Source: Takakia lepidozioides
Taxonomy: Eukaryota > Plantae > Bryophyta
NCBI GenBank assembly: GCA_030704615.1
Contig: CM060731.1
Coordinates: forward strand, 84,816,001 to 84,880,000
Direction of reading: 5' to 3'
DNA: 64,000 bases
Below the pieces are notes generated by a model. The model was given only the letters and a program-made list of their open reading frames with translations, did no database searches and was not told the DNA's origin. Position numbers and translations under genes: made by a program. This document shows, one piece after another, positions 1 to 13,319 of this stretch. Numbering within the stretch: the stretch's first letter is position 1; every line of letters starts with the position of its first letter.

Positions 1-1536
1 CTTGCGGCCATCTATGACTGCTCCGGATTTGCTCAAAAAGGTCATCCCCAAAATGAGATGCACTCCATCGATCTCGCAAATGGTGAAGTTCTCACGTCCC
101 TCCCAACTCCCCAGCTGAAGAGGAACATTGAACGCCAACCTCATCGCCCGTTGTGGTTCTCCTTTGGCCAAATGCACTTCAATGGAGGCCCCCATATCAC
201 TTGTCGGGAGCCCCAGCTTCCGTGCCGTTGCCGATGTCATGAAGGAGTGTGACGCTCCTGTGTCCACCAACAACGACACGTTAGTTCCGGAGATTATCCC
301 ACTTACGAACAATAACTGACTCCATTTACGCAAGGCGCCAGTTTCCTGATACAACTCACAAGAGTAGTTGCCTACCTTGCAAGTCTTGGCGACCACCGCC
401 TCCACCAAGCGGCTGATGGACTCTTCGGACAACTCCATGGAAGCCCGAGTCATATTCAATTGTCGGGGTTTCATGCACTTCTTAGCTATGTGTCCGGGCT
501 CCCCGCAATTAAAACACAGTCCATCGAAGGTCGCCTTCTGTCCGCCATAAGCCGCCGCACCTGATTTTCTTTTCGGAGCACCGGGTGCCGCCTTGACGTG
601 AGAAGGACCTCCCTTCAATTTCCACGTGTCATTGTCGCCGCGTGGCCTATCCCACTTCTTTTCCGGTCGAAAGGAGTCACCCTCCCGTCGGGTCTTTTTG
701 TGGTTCAGCTCCGTACGGCCTTGTCTTTCGCCCCTAGGGACATCCAAGAAACATTCAGCCCTTTCAATTGCCTCGTTCAAAGTCTTAGGTGGCTTCTCCT
801 CCAACTTCCGCCTGGCCCATGGGGCCAGTCCCGCCACAAAGTTGAAGACCATTTATGGTTCCGCCATATCCGCGACTTCGAGCAACAGCACATTGAAAGC
901 CTGAACATATCCCCGAATGTCAACCGTTTGCTTCAAATTCCTCAGCTTGTCTAGGGCGAGCCAGGACGCGTTGAGGGGAACAAACTGTCTTTTCATAAGT
1001 TCCTTGAACCCACTCCAGTTCAAGGTTTCCGGGTTTGGACCTCGGTCATGAAGGCGTTTCTGCCACCATTGTTGAGCATAGCCTCTCAAATAGGTGGGAG
1101 CCACTTCCACCCGATCCTCGTCACTCAACTTCCCCGCCCGGAAGTATTGCTCCAGCTCCAAGAGCCAGGTGTTTAGTGCCTTCCAATTTTGGACGCCCTC
1201 AAAGGTGTCGGGTTCCTTAGGCTTCACCTTAAACTTTGCCTTAGTGGAAGTGGCATTAGCCGCCTTCAACACGTCTTTCAACGTCCCGCCAAACTGCGCC
1301 AACAACCCTTCCCAAAAGGTTGCTGGCATGGGAGGCATCTGTTGGTCTGTCGGAGCCCCCAGGAAGTCCTCGGGCTCCAACTCCCCAGATTCCTCCCATT
1401 CTTGAGCAGCCTCGCTTTCAAAAGCATGAACCGTCTCCTCAAATTGTTGCTTCGATGACACATCGCCCCCATCGGGCTCACCAGGACAATCATCTTTCGG
1501 GTTGTTCCGCTTTCGCTTAGGCTTGCCCGACCCCAT
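1..1536 (-). pseudogene. gag: Ty3/gypsy family G1 gag-protease, frameshifted, runs off the window start
   Basis: ORF 853-1536 has a retrotransposon gag core (PDTFEG...WLLELEQYF...YLRGYAQQWW). Further along the minus strand are a frameshifted CCHC knuckle (LCFNCG..GHIAKKC, ~475-520), a protease site LLVDTGAS (~250-273) and ILGMTFL (~35-55). Confidence 0.85.
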
Positions 1537-1577
1537 GATGAGGCCGATCTCAAGGACAATCGCGTACTGAACTCTAA

Positions 1578-1588
1578 GCTCTGAACCA
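1578..1588 (-). promoter_or_regulatory. Primer-binding site (tRNA-iMet type) with a 1-nt deletion
   Basis: The minus strand reads TGGTTCAGAGC, 2 nt from the LTR end. The sister copy at 53587-53598 has the intact TGGTATCAGAGC. Confidence 0.8.
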
Positions 1589-1590
1589 AG

Positions 1591-2559
1591 TGTCGCGCAC
1601 CTTACTTCAGTAAGCTCCCTTTCAAGTCATAGTTACTCGCTTTGATGCGCGCGCCTAACTCCCAAACTGGCCGTCGGGCCAACTCGGAGCTTTGGCTGCT
1701 CACCGAGACATAACGGTCCCCTTTACTCCCCCACTTGACCCTCTCTCAATTTGGGCCAAGTGGAAATTCCCTTTGGTCGATGGCAGTCCGGAACAGCTCC
1801 CCACACCTTGGTTGTTTTCCGGCTCGCACGCTTACTCACTAGTTTTTGGTCACCAACGGGCTTGCACCGTTCTCGGGGTTACTACTCCCTATATATACTT
1901 CTGTGACTGTCCGCGGGGGTTTCACAAACAACCATGCCATTTTATGGCGAACCACCACGAAAACCCTCGATTCCCGGTGATGAGTCACGGTGAGTCTTGG
2001 CCCACCCACCACGGCCCTATTGGACCGTGATGAGTCCCAAGACTCCCCACGACTCCCACCACAAGGTCTCCGCCCCCATGGTGAGTCCTATGCCACCCCC
2101 ACTAAGTCCCACTAAGCTACCACCACCCCTCGTGGAACCACCCCCACCGCAACCCAGTGTGCGAGGCTCCACCTAGTGAGCGCCTCCGCCTCCTTGAGTG
2201 CATTGGGCACTCAAGGGTGCTTCAGCCCCCGTATCTATTGTTGCCACTGCCCCCACCACAGGGGCAGCCCCGCTTGTGTCCCGAACCCCTGCCCTCAAGG
2301 CGAAGGGCCGTGACATTGAGTGCCTTGGGCACTCAAGGGTGCTTCAGCCCCCGTATCTATTGTTGCCACTGCCCCCACCACAGGGGCAGCCCCTCTTGTG
2401 TCCCGACCCCCTGCCCTCAAGGCGAAGGGCCGTGACATTGAGTGCCTTGGGCACTCAAGGGTGCTTCAGCCCCCGTATCTATTGTTGCCACTGCCCCCAC
2501 CACAGGGGCAGCCCCTCTTGTGTCCCGACTCCCCGCCCTCAAGATGAAGGGACGCGACA
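1591..2559 (-). mobile_element. 5' LTR of gypsy G1 (969 bp, with a triplicated 122-bp terminal unit)
   Basis: TGTCGCG...CGCGACA termini, adjacent PBS, TATA-like tatatata near 1890, and near-identity to 53601-54325. Confidence 0.9.
2194..2559. repeat. 3 x 122-bp tandem repeat at the LTR terminus, each unit with a TTGAGTGC-N5-GCACTCAA hairpin
   Basis: The 122-bp period is visible in the sequence and in ORF starts 2198/2320/2442. The LTR length difference from the second copy is 244 = 2 x 122. Confidence 0.92.
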
Positions 2560-5500
2560 TAGGAGGTCCAGGTGAACTCAGACAACATTTCTGTCATGCT
2601 AAAGGCAGGGGCTTTTACTCAATTGTCTTTGAAAGTTCTGAAGTAGCTACTCAAGCTTTGTTGTTCAATCCTCATACCAAAGGCTTCAATGTTAATATTG
2701 TTCCCTGGTCTTCCAAAGGGAAATCGAAATGGGAAACTTTGGGGGCCTAGAATTATTGCGGTTCCATTTATCCCAGATCAATATCTGGTTAACCTGCCAG
2801 ATATAGCCAACCACTTTGGTTCTTACCTGGGCTATCTATGTTTGATCCACAAATGTGTACTCAAAATTTACGTCAGGACCCTGCATGGAAAACACGAACC
2901 GCAGCCTCCCGTCTTCATGAAACATGTTGTGTCAAGATTGTTCTAATGATGCCAAACGAGGCTACTTTACCTGAATGTGTTAGGCTGCCTATTGATGAGG
3001 AAGGGAACTACTATATTATCCGGCTTATAGAGCAACCTACTTTTGCTACCTGCTTTAACTGTGGCCAACTTGGTCATTTCAAAGCAGATTGCCCATCTAG
3101 AAAAAGGAAACGTTCTCCGTCTCTCCAGCCCTCTAAGGCCTCCCACAGGCCTTCCTTTGAACAGCAACACTCTGCCTCCCACCTGACACACAAACCCCAG
3201 CTGCGTTGGGCTCCAATTTCTATTTGATTGACAGGCCGTCATTCGCTTTCAGTCCAGTCTTGCTCACCTTGCACCTGTTCATCAAGACACAATGCAGTTC
3301 AGACCTCTCAGGGCTTCTTCCAAACACTATTCTTCTCTGGACCCTATGCAACTGGAGGCTGAATCCTTTCATCATCATCATCTCCTCCACCTACAAGGGG
3401 AAAGGGCACATGACTGACAGATTGCCGCCACCATCTCTTAAGCTCACTCTCCCCAGCTCGCCTTCCAGTCTGCCAGACCTCAATGTCATCACAGGGATTG
3501 CCAGCAATTCTGTCTTCGCAAAAATTTGCCTAAGGACCAGCTCGTTCCCAAACCGGGATTTGAAAGGATGCTCTATTCTGGAAGTCATGGATGCCCCCTT
3601 GAGGCAACATGCATCACACTGCTCATTTTCAGGAAAGGGAACCCCTCTTCACTTTTGATCGTGCTTCAGATGATATGGAATTGGTCGAATCCCTCTGGAT
3701 CACAACAGCAAACGTCAGGCACTTTCTTCAAACCTGCTCCCCTGGGTGCTCAAGCCGAAAATGCAAAAGTTTTTTCAGACCTTCCTTCCTCATTATTTTC
3801 TGGCTTCCTCAACAAAGATTGCATGGGGAGCATACTTGGAGGATCGCCTGAGTCTGAGCTGCAAACCCAACACTCATGTATTGGCCCTCATGGAAGAGGT
3901 AGAAATTTACATGACACCCCCAACCATTGGGGCAATTTGGACCTATGAAGAGGCCCTCTCTACCCCATGCTGCAAATAAGAAATCAAGATACCTTGGTTA
4001 AAGGGTTCCAATTGTTGGCTGCACTCTTGGAATCAGAGATTGAGGAAGAAAATTGGAGGATGGAAATCCAAAGAACACGTGATCAAGTCAATGGAGTTAG
4101 GGCTCCTACACCCTCCCCCTCCTCATCAAATGTTGGGATGGATTCTATATCTGGTGCTATTAAGGACAATCACGATGATCTGGCGACAACTGTGACCAGC
4201 TTGCACATTTCACTCCGCTTACGTCTATCAATGATCACCCTCCGAGTCAGGGGAGTACCCTCCCAAAATCTTCCCATCTCCTTCCCAGGACTCAGCAATT
4301 CAGACCTTCTTGCCTCTTTTTCAAATTCTCTCTAGAGATACTTACAGATGTTGGCTGCTTTGTTGTAAAATCCAGACGCCTTCGGGGAGACAAACCAGAC
4401 AAACCCTCCCTGTACTTTTCTTACCTGATTCTATCCCATCAGGGGTTACCCTCCTTTGGACCTTGGCAATTCAATCCTACACCCTCTTATTTCTGCTCTG
4501 CAGTCTGCAGACTTCTTTCCCAATTTGGTCCGTATAGTTTCATTGTCGATTGAAGCAGTCCCCATGGAGCAATTTTGCTTGTCTTCTTCTCCTTTGCCAT
4601 TGCAAATCCTCAGGAGGCATTTTCATTAAAATCCACAAAAAAAACCGCTAAACCTCCTCTGCACCACATGTGGGTCGAATCTCTCCACCCCACAGACCGC
4701 AGGGTCAAATTTTCCTTCCTTCCAAACAGGCTATCAAATGAGACTCCTATTCTCAGCCTTGCTCAACCCGCAAATGATTCTTAACATCCAGTCATAGAAC
4801 ATTAGAGGGCTTGGTGTGGATCATGCTTCCCTCAAAAGACTCAAAATTAAGACCTGGCTCTCTCCCTTTCTACATGAAAACGACTCTGTCATTTTCCTTC
4901 AAGAACATAAAATAGACCTTCGCAAGATCAATTCTTTGTCTAACCATTTATGGCCCTCGGCCTCGGCTTTTTGGAAACCCACCTCCGAAGGTACTAGGTG
5001 GGGGGGACGGCTATCTTATCTCCCCTTCTCTGCAAGCTTTAGTCACCTCTGAGGCCTGTTGGCTGCCTGGCAGAATTCAGATATGCATTCTCTCTCTCCC
5101 CAATAATACTGGCACGATAGGACTAGTAAACATATATGCTCCAAACACTTCTGCTGAGAGGTGTGACTTCTGGTCATTCCTAAATGACCAAATGTCGGCT
5201 GAAACTTCTATTGACAGCTGGATTCTAGCAGGAGACTTTAACATGGTTGAATTTCAAGAGGATAGGCGAGGAATGGGTTCATTCTCACCGTTTTTCCATC
5301 CGGGAGATGTTCTCTGTCGGCTAGGTGTCGGCCTCTCCCCTCGAGACAACTTCATCCGAACGGCCTCGGATGGAAATTCGGCGCCATTTTTCCATCCGAG
5401 GGATGTTTTCTGTCGGGCAGGTGTCGTCCTCTCCCCACGAGACGACTTCATCCGAACGGCCTCGGATGGAAATTCGGCGCCATTTTTCCATCCGATGGAT

Positions 5501-6790
5501 ATTCTCTGTCGGCCAGGTGTTGGCCTCTCCCCCCGAGACGACTTCATCCGACCTGGAGGAGCTTGATCCTCTTTTGTACCCAAAGTACCTGTCTCTCTGA
5601 AGCGGTCCCGCTCTCTCATCAGGCATCCAATCTCTCCTTTACTTGGACAAACAATAGGTCTCTTGCAGATCTCCGCATGGCTCGATTGGACAGAGCATAT
5701 GTCTACCTCAACCTAGTTCAATGGTCAAAATGGGAGATCCAACAGCCAATCCCCCTTGGCTTCGACCATGCCCCAATGTCCTTAACCATTACCATTCCTT
5801 CTGCCCCGTGTCGGGAAAGGGGTCTATACACAAACTCAACAGTTTGCTTCTCAAACTTCCCTTCTACAAACGTGAGTTGCTCAAGGCATGGTCTCTGGCT
5901 GGAACTGACTCGCAGAACCCAACCGAAAGGTTTCTATCCAAACAGGACAGTCAATATCACCAGCCGACGTCTGAGCCAAGATCTAGCAATCATTAGGAAG
6001 AGAAAGGTAAAAGCACAGTTCACAAATTGTCTGGCAGTCTGCCACAAGAGAATGGAATCGTTTCGTTGTGATGATTTCACTTACCAGACCTCGCAAGGAA
6101 CAACCCGGATGTGCATCACAAGATGCAAGAACGCAAGTGGAAACTTTAAGCAGGGGTTAATTGGTCTACCAAGAGGGGAAAAATGTCAAAATATTTCTTT
6201 GACAAGACCAAATTGAGGAGAGCCTCGCAAAGTATCTCGGAGCTTATTGACCAATCCAGTGGCTACCCAGCCACTACCCCCAAAGCAATGGCAAACCTAC
6301 CTTCCACCCACTTCAAGTTGCTTTTCCAAAGTAACCTGGATAGTCTTTCTCCTTCGGCTCTCTAGGAGGATTGTCTTCAACATACCCCAAGGAGTCTTAC
6401 CCCTTAGACAGTGGCTGTTTTGGAAGGTCAATTTACAGATATGGAGCTCGAAGATGCCCACAAGCAAAACTTCAAAATAATAAGTCCTCGGGTATGGACG
6501 GGATCCCTGTGGAATTCTACAAAGCTCTATGGCCTGACATCTCTGATGATTTCACTTCTATGGCTAATCACCTCTTTGACAGTGGAGCTATGCCCCCCTC
6601 TATGTCCCAGGGGGTCATCACACTACTCTACAAAAAGGTTATAGAACCAATATCTCTAACTACCGCCCGATTACTCTACTTAATGTAGCCTATAAAATTA
6701 TTGCCAAAGCTTTGGCTCTCAAGCTTCAACCCCTTTTACCATCCCTCATACGACCAATCAGACAGGCTTTATAAAAGGTAGATATATCTT
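2560..6790 (+). mobile_element. Decayed L1-like LINE (ORF1 zinc knuckle, ORF2 APE endonuclease and start of RT), truncated at both ends
   Basis: ORF1 has CFNCGQLGHFKADC (~3050-3092). ORF2 starts at ~4774 and contains S*NIRGLG, IFLQEHK, NIYAPN, WILAGDFNMV, RLDRAY, DHAP, then SSGMDGIPVEFYK, YRPITLLNVAYKIIAK and QTGFIKGRYI. Many stops and frameshifts. Confidence 0.88.
5288..5553. repeat. ~3 x 96-bp array of the MULE-element palindrome repeat inserted in the LINE endonuclease
   Basis: ttcatccga recurs at 5351/5447/5543. Units contain GGATGGAAATTCGGCGCCATTTTTCCATCC and resemble 34530-34975. Confidence 0.85.
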
Positions 6791-7249
6791 GTGTCGTGCG
6801 CATATATATCGCTACACATAGTATATCGAGTTGTCCAATCCACACATTACATATACACACCACACATTCCACACACACTAGTCTGCCACAATCGCCCCCT
6901 AGCTGGTGGTCCCTCTAACTCCAAGTAGCTACAAGATGTGATAGTAGCCACAACCTCACTAGATCCTCTACCATTGTCCCTATTATACTCAAACTCGATA
7001 GATCACCCTTCCACCTCTTGTTTTGCGTTGTTCTACTGCTCAATTGGAGGGGTTCGCTGCAGGCCCGCCAAATTCAAATCGTACAAGGCCGTATCCCCCT
7101 CAAATGAGAACACAAATCGGTTGGACACCCTCCCCGCCCACATACAGGCACCTGCGAATGGATACCAGAGAACCAAAGCCAATGTCAATACGAGAAGGAC
7201 TCGCTTCCTCGCGCACGCATACAAAGACAATCGGCAGATGCATCAATTT

Positions 7250-10200
7250 CGGTGCCGCAATTACAAGACGGTCTGACCTATATTTGTAGTGACGTCGAGG
7301 ACCCTGCCTTCAACATCCGTGCACGTTTTCATGAGCGTCTGGATGAATGCATGACTCCTGGTTCTGCCATACCTCCAAGGCTTGCCTGCCAAGTCACATG
7401 GCATGTCCTTCTCTCCCACATGGTTGAAGATGATGTTATACTCCACTGATCAACTATGGAGTCAACAAGTCGGCCTGCTGGACGAAATTTGAATTTTGAA
7501 TGTTCCTTCACGAAGCAGAATGCCTGAAAGATAAGAGTCTGCAAACAAAGAAGGCAAAAAGTTGAAGGTCGCCGACACGTACATGAGCAATTTCGGCGCC
7601 GAAATTGGCATAAGAGAGGAAAAGCGCAGCATACCTTATGACCCTCATTGAATAGACCCTGCGTGTTGATGCAAGTCCAGATCTTCTTCAGGATGGGTGT
7701 TGCACTTCTCTCCGTCCATAATTTGACATCATTCGCAGTGACGTCTCCATCGGCTGCTAGCACAACAATACAGCCGTCATCGTCCAACATAATGGCCGTG
7801 AACCCAAATGTGTGGCTCCACATTCTTTCGTCGTTCTTGTTCCACCACGGGACTGAGCCGAGTCCCAGTATCTCCTGCCCATCCAGGATATCCACCAGGA
7901 TCATTTCGATGGAGGCTTTAACCGCCCTGCCCCCGACTTTGTTTTTCTTACCATGGCTCATCGCCAGAAAATACCCCATCATCTTTGTATAGCCAGGAGT
8001 GTCCTCGATTTCATTGCCAGTGGCCTTCCTCTTCCCCTTCCCCTGGTGGGCCTCCATCGCCTTCTTCAATCTCATTTTCTCCTGCCTTGGAGTCAGAGCA
8101 CTTATGAAACTTTCATTAACACACTCCACAATTGGATATTTTGAGGGGTTCCCTGTCCACAATGTGCACCGCACGGTAGGGTCTGCTAGGTGCATCCTCG
8201 TATAGTGCTCTCTTTGCAGCTGAACCCCCGGAGCGTTGGCCCTTGTGAATTTTCAGACGAGGTGTGGCCCCTGGGTGTTATCCTGCTGGAAATCCTCGTC
8301 GGAATCCTCGTCCTCTGGCTGAGTATGTTGTTGCTTCTTCTTCTTGGGTGTGGGACTCTTCGTCTCTTGCCCCTATTTGCGTGTTCTTTTCCTCTTCTCC
8401 TTGGGCTGCTCAGCTGCCTGCTTCTCCATCTGCTCCTTGGCCTTGGCCGACTTTTTTAGTGCTTTCTACTTTGCGGCCTCCTCTGCTTTCTGTTTTGCCA
8501 CGTCCTCTGGTTGGGGATCCGAATGCGCCTTGATAGCCCGGGCATTCGCTTCCTTCTTCAAGTTAACCTCTGACAGGTCAACGGTCCCACTTGGGAGATC
8601 CACTTATTAGGGACAATCCACCAAATGCTCGGCATGCCACTCCTTCGCCATGACTTCTGTGTACATCGTACCACGTCCTCCAGGTGTCCTCCATGCCAGG
8701 AAGAATGGTGGAACCCTTTGAATGGCTCCGGATGGAATGAGAGCAAAATTTATGTACCTGCAATCACAAATTCCCTATTACGGTGCCGAAATTTGAAACA
8801 CGCATAGGAGCCAATTCAACAACAATCATGCTACTGCTGCATCATGCCAGTGGAAGTTCCCAATGTAGTAGGTATTTCGGCGCCGCAATACCTAATGGAA
8901 CGTTGCAATCAAATTGCTCATGGGCGTGGGTCAGTACCTACAGGATTTCAAGTCTCCGAAACAATCATGAATTTGAAATTGCGATGAAGTCCAACAGACA
9001 CAAGAGGAGGACATTATACCTTATGCCACCAAGGCATGACATTCAGCCAGTCGTTCATTTTGTCGTCAATTGGCTCGATGGGAAAGTGGTATAGCAGCTT
9101 CGTGTTTGTATGGCAGTTCCAGATTTGCAGCCACCTCGTCTGCATGTTCTAACATCGGTCAGAAGCGAGAACCTCATAGAGGAATCCTCAGAAGGCAGAA
9201 AACAAGAACAAACACATGCTAACCTTCTCCGCCGGGTCAACACATGACACTGCGATATGATGAAGTTTCTCCATGGACATTTCCGGTTTGATGGGTTTGG
9301 AGTAGTGCAGTCCTATCTCCGCCAAGAACTCGGCGCCAAGGCCAGGGTCAGCGATTGCTACTTGCTTCACAAGTTTCGACCTGTACTTGGTTCGTGATTG
9401 CCTCCATGCCTGCACAATGTGACTCTCTATGGACGCGTCCGCCTTGCTGGGGGCATCACTCTCAAAGAACTGCCTTTTGGCATAGGCCAAGTCGTCCCTA
9501 ATGTTCGTCTGCAGTCCCATACCCCGCGGATATAGTCAGGCCAGTGCTCCCAACAACAAAAGACATTACATCGGGAAAATTGAGATGAACCTCACCGCAT
9601 AGAGGATTTCAACCATGGCGTCCAGTGTGGGTCGGTACCAGGTGTGATCCGCTTTTGCCTGGGACTTCCTGTACAGCTCGGGATCGAGGGATTTCTGGAA
9701 GTCCGTCAGTGGTGTTGTGCCCACTTCTTACACTCTGTACAGCGTATGTGCCAGGTGAGTTCCACGAAGGCCTTTTTTGTTACCCTGCCACAGAAGAAAA
9801 CAGAGAAATCACATGAAATTATGATATCAGAAAAACCCAATTTCGGCACAGCAATCCAATTTCCAACACATATTGTGGCTGACAGTCAAGCACATTGCCT
9901 ATTTCGGCGCCGCAATAGGCATTACAGAAGGATATACTAGTATACTTATAGATTTATATCTTCCATGGCACCCTTCAGCAGGCCTCTGTCCCTCACGTCC
10001 ACTTTCACAACAATGCAATCCACCAAGTAATGCCAATTGATATCGTCCGGATGCATTTCCGCAATGTACTCTGTCCAGGGAAGCATCCTATGGTTCCCGT
10101 CCCAGACAAAGAACATCTTCCCTGCCATGTGTGCGAATGTGGGATTACTCTTCAGAGAGGCTTCAAATGCGGCATTTACAGGTGCCAGTGGGGGCTCCAA

Positions 10201-10942
10201 TTCTGAAGCTCCTCTGCAGTGGGGCCCCTTGTGAGACCCTGGTCATTCTCTATGGAAACGTAGAATGCTACCGACCCCCGTCTGTACCCCTCTTTGAAGT
10301 TGTGCTTCAGTCGGTCAATGTCCCTTGCTAGTGCTTGCCTTACAACTGGAAGGCTAACCATGCGACACAAATGAACTTTGAGGTTCTCCGGATACACCAT
10401 GGAGCCCAAAACGCGCCCTATGTTGCTATGTGTCTCTACCAGCAACCTGTTTGCTGCAATGTTCATGTCTTGTGCGCTCATGAGCATACCCGCCACGAGT
10501 TTCTCACTTCTCTCACCAGCTTGTCTGCTGTCCTGGAGCGTTTGCTCCTTAGTAAGCTCCACCAGGTTCTAATCTCCTAGGAAGTCCTCAAGTCGCACCA
10601 CGTTGTCGTCCTCACCTTCGGTCAGCTCAATGGGCCGGCCTTGTGCAGATCCAAGTCCGACATCTCCTACGGCCTCCACCGCATCGGTGTCTTGGGAAAC
10701 TCCCTGCAAACCCAGAATCTCGGCTTCGAGTCTCCCAAGGGGTTTAACAGGTGAAGCCATGGGCTCCTTCTGCTCCTCTGCTTCAGGACTCTAGGTGGGC
10801 TTTTCTGGGACGATTTCTGAGGTGTCATGTGAGGAGTCGTCTGCCTGGGTGCAGTTCCTGCTTGCGAACGTAGCACACGGGCAGGAGTCTCCAAAGTTGC
10901 CTGCGTTGCGTCGACCCCCTACGATCCCTCCCCAGCTTCCAT
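7250..10942 (-). pseudogene. ParB/Srx-like plus N6A/N4C DNA-methyltransferase-like fusion gene (M1 copy), multi-exon, frameshifted
   Basis: FVWDGNHRM (~10084-10110), SIEMILVDILDG, MLDDDGCIVV and KPWRYGRTRS..LMKTCTDVEGRVLDVTTNIG. It is collinear with 46212-51165 and shares the intron before TL(I/V)F(Q/E)A. The start position is approximate. Confidence 0.72.
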
Positions 10943-12031
10943 GTCAAACAAATAGGAAAACATGGCAGACTGCACGCAAAAAAAAAGGTGTAAAAAGAAG
11001 AGTGCGTATGGACAACTTCAAATCCACGAAGCACGAAGCTCTCACTGGTGGGTAATCCGAGTCTCCAGAGAACGAGCTCTGCATCTCCTACATGAGGCAA
11101 GCTTCAGTTGTGTCGTCGGCGGCTTCCCAAAGTCCCATATCCTCCTTCTCTGCGCCGGAGTCGCCTGACCTTCCACAAACTCAAGGCTATCACTATGCTG
11201 CATAAGGAGAGGAAACGCAGAAGAATGTCACCGCAGAAGGGGGAAGGAGCGAGAGAACGAAGCGGTGGAACATGCAACGAGTGTGCACGAACAGATGCGC
11301 AAACAGCCACATCTCCCCAAGCGTTGCCACTCTCCACCACTGTCCGCCGTATGGACAGTGAAGAGATTGCAACCCCTGACATGTACAGACGGATGAAGTC
11401 GTCTGGAACGTGACGCGTGGCTGTTGCGGACACCAGCAAATGACGCTTTATCCGAATTGCGGCGCCGAAATACCGTTCCGTTCACAGGATTCTGTGCTCG
11501 GATCAGCTAGCATTGAAGGCACTATCCCCACATCATCAAACCCAACCGCCATGAAACTCAACCTCAACAGTCAGGTGGGCACATTTCCTCCAGGCACAGT
11601 TGAATTTCGGCGTCGAAATTCATCCTCTGCAAGTGCTTTCATCCACAGAAATTTGAATTTTGATGCCAAAATTCATCGTTTGCCCGCTACTCATCCGTCA
11701 TGAGCACACCTATCAGTCGAATTTTGGTCTCGGAATTCGTTCCGGAACATGGGACAGTCCTGCACTTGGGGACATTTCATCCATATTTCGGCGCCGAAAT
11801 TCATTAACAAAAACTTTATCCGGGAGCAGAAGAGGGCAAATCATCCATATTTCGGCGCCGAATTATATCCATCGCCCACAGTCCATCCGCAGCATGCTAC
11901 GCTTTCGCGACAACATTGTCCTTTGCGGTTTCTGCACATGCCAGTTCACTTTGTCATGTCCGGACGATTAAGCCCAATTATGGCGCCAAAATTAATCAAA
12001 ATAAGAGTTTATATGTGGCGCAACGTGTAGT

Positions 12032-12577
12032 ATGGAAAAATGTCACTTCAGGGATACGTTCGCCGCAGGATTTCGGATGGTGCAGCGCACTGACGTGCCC
12101 AGACAACCATTTCCGCTTCCACAGCCTCCACCACCGACCCCTGTGAGAGCAAGAACAATGGGACACGACAGCTCTAAGCATCCTACACACCGTTGGGGGA
12201 AACCGAAGAGGCGGCGACCTCCCTCAAAAGTGAACGAGACAAGGATGGGGAATGCACTTCGGATGAACTGTACAATCCAGAGCTCGACAGAAGTGCCCCC
12301 ACCAGGATTCGGGCGTGTGTATCAGATGGCCACGGCGGGCTCAGCTGTTCGCAATGAGGTGTACACCATCACCATTTCAGAATTACCCACCTGCAATTGC
12401 ACCGACTTCCAGATCATGGCGAACAAGAGGGCATCATACTGCCCTTGCAAGCATTTGTACTACGTGTACCTAAAGAGACTCCGTTGTAATTCCACAACTC
12501 ATCACTTCATACATGCACCAGGGTTGAGCCCCCAGGAGGTTCACACTCTTCTGAATATGGATCCAGGGGACCAGTGA
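12032..12577 (+). pseudogene. C-terminal SWIM zinc-finger remnant of the M1 transposase
   Basis: YTITISELPTCNCTDF...CPCKHLYYVY matches the SWIM CxC...CKH pattern and is homologous to 27221-27497(-). No DDE core lies upstream. Confidence 0.8.
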
Positions 12578-13319
12578 GCTTGGCTTGCGGTCCACATACA
12601 ATGGTACGCCCATCGGATAGTAGAACTGTACTGCTGCCAGTACCTCAGACTCTGGCCACACAAAGGTCCGACATATGTCTTGCCTACCAGTAACCTGTTT
12701 TGATCGAACTAAGATATTACTATATCGTTCACTTGTTTCCACGTGCATGTATTTTTGTATGTTGGAGGGTTCATGTTTTTCTGCTTTCCGAAAACTTGCT
12801 CTCCTCATTCGACCTCCGACAAGGAAATGCGGCGCCGAATTTCCAAGTATCGTCGTAGGTACCCCCAGAGGCGGCCTTCACCAACACCAAACCGCTCCGA
12901 AATTTCGCACGTGCGAACCCTAATGCGGCACCCTATTTCCCAGTTCAGTTGCAAACCTTTCCTGCCGAATACCCGAAGAAGACAGAATTGTGAAGTACTG
13001 CAGACTGTATTGGTGCAGACTCCATTGGTTCAATCGCGGCAAAAGGGTCAGCTTCATTCCAATGTTAAGGCATGTAAAACCGCGGAATACTCTATACAGG
13101 CCAGTATGCGACGTCCTTTTGCAGTGGTATACTGGATTTCCCGTTGCACGGTCACTTATTTCCATGAGCGGATCTATAAAACCATGAGCGGACTTGTTAC
13201 TGACGACATATCTTCGCCGCATTACATGATCTGGAACGTCCAAAAACGGCAAGGTCAAATAAAAAACTATTATTTTAATACTTGTTTAATCTGCCGCATT
13301 TCCAAATTTGGAGGAGTCC

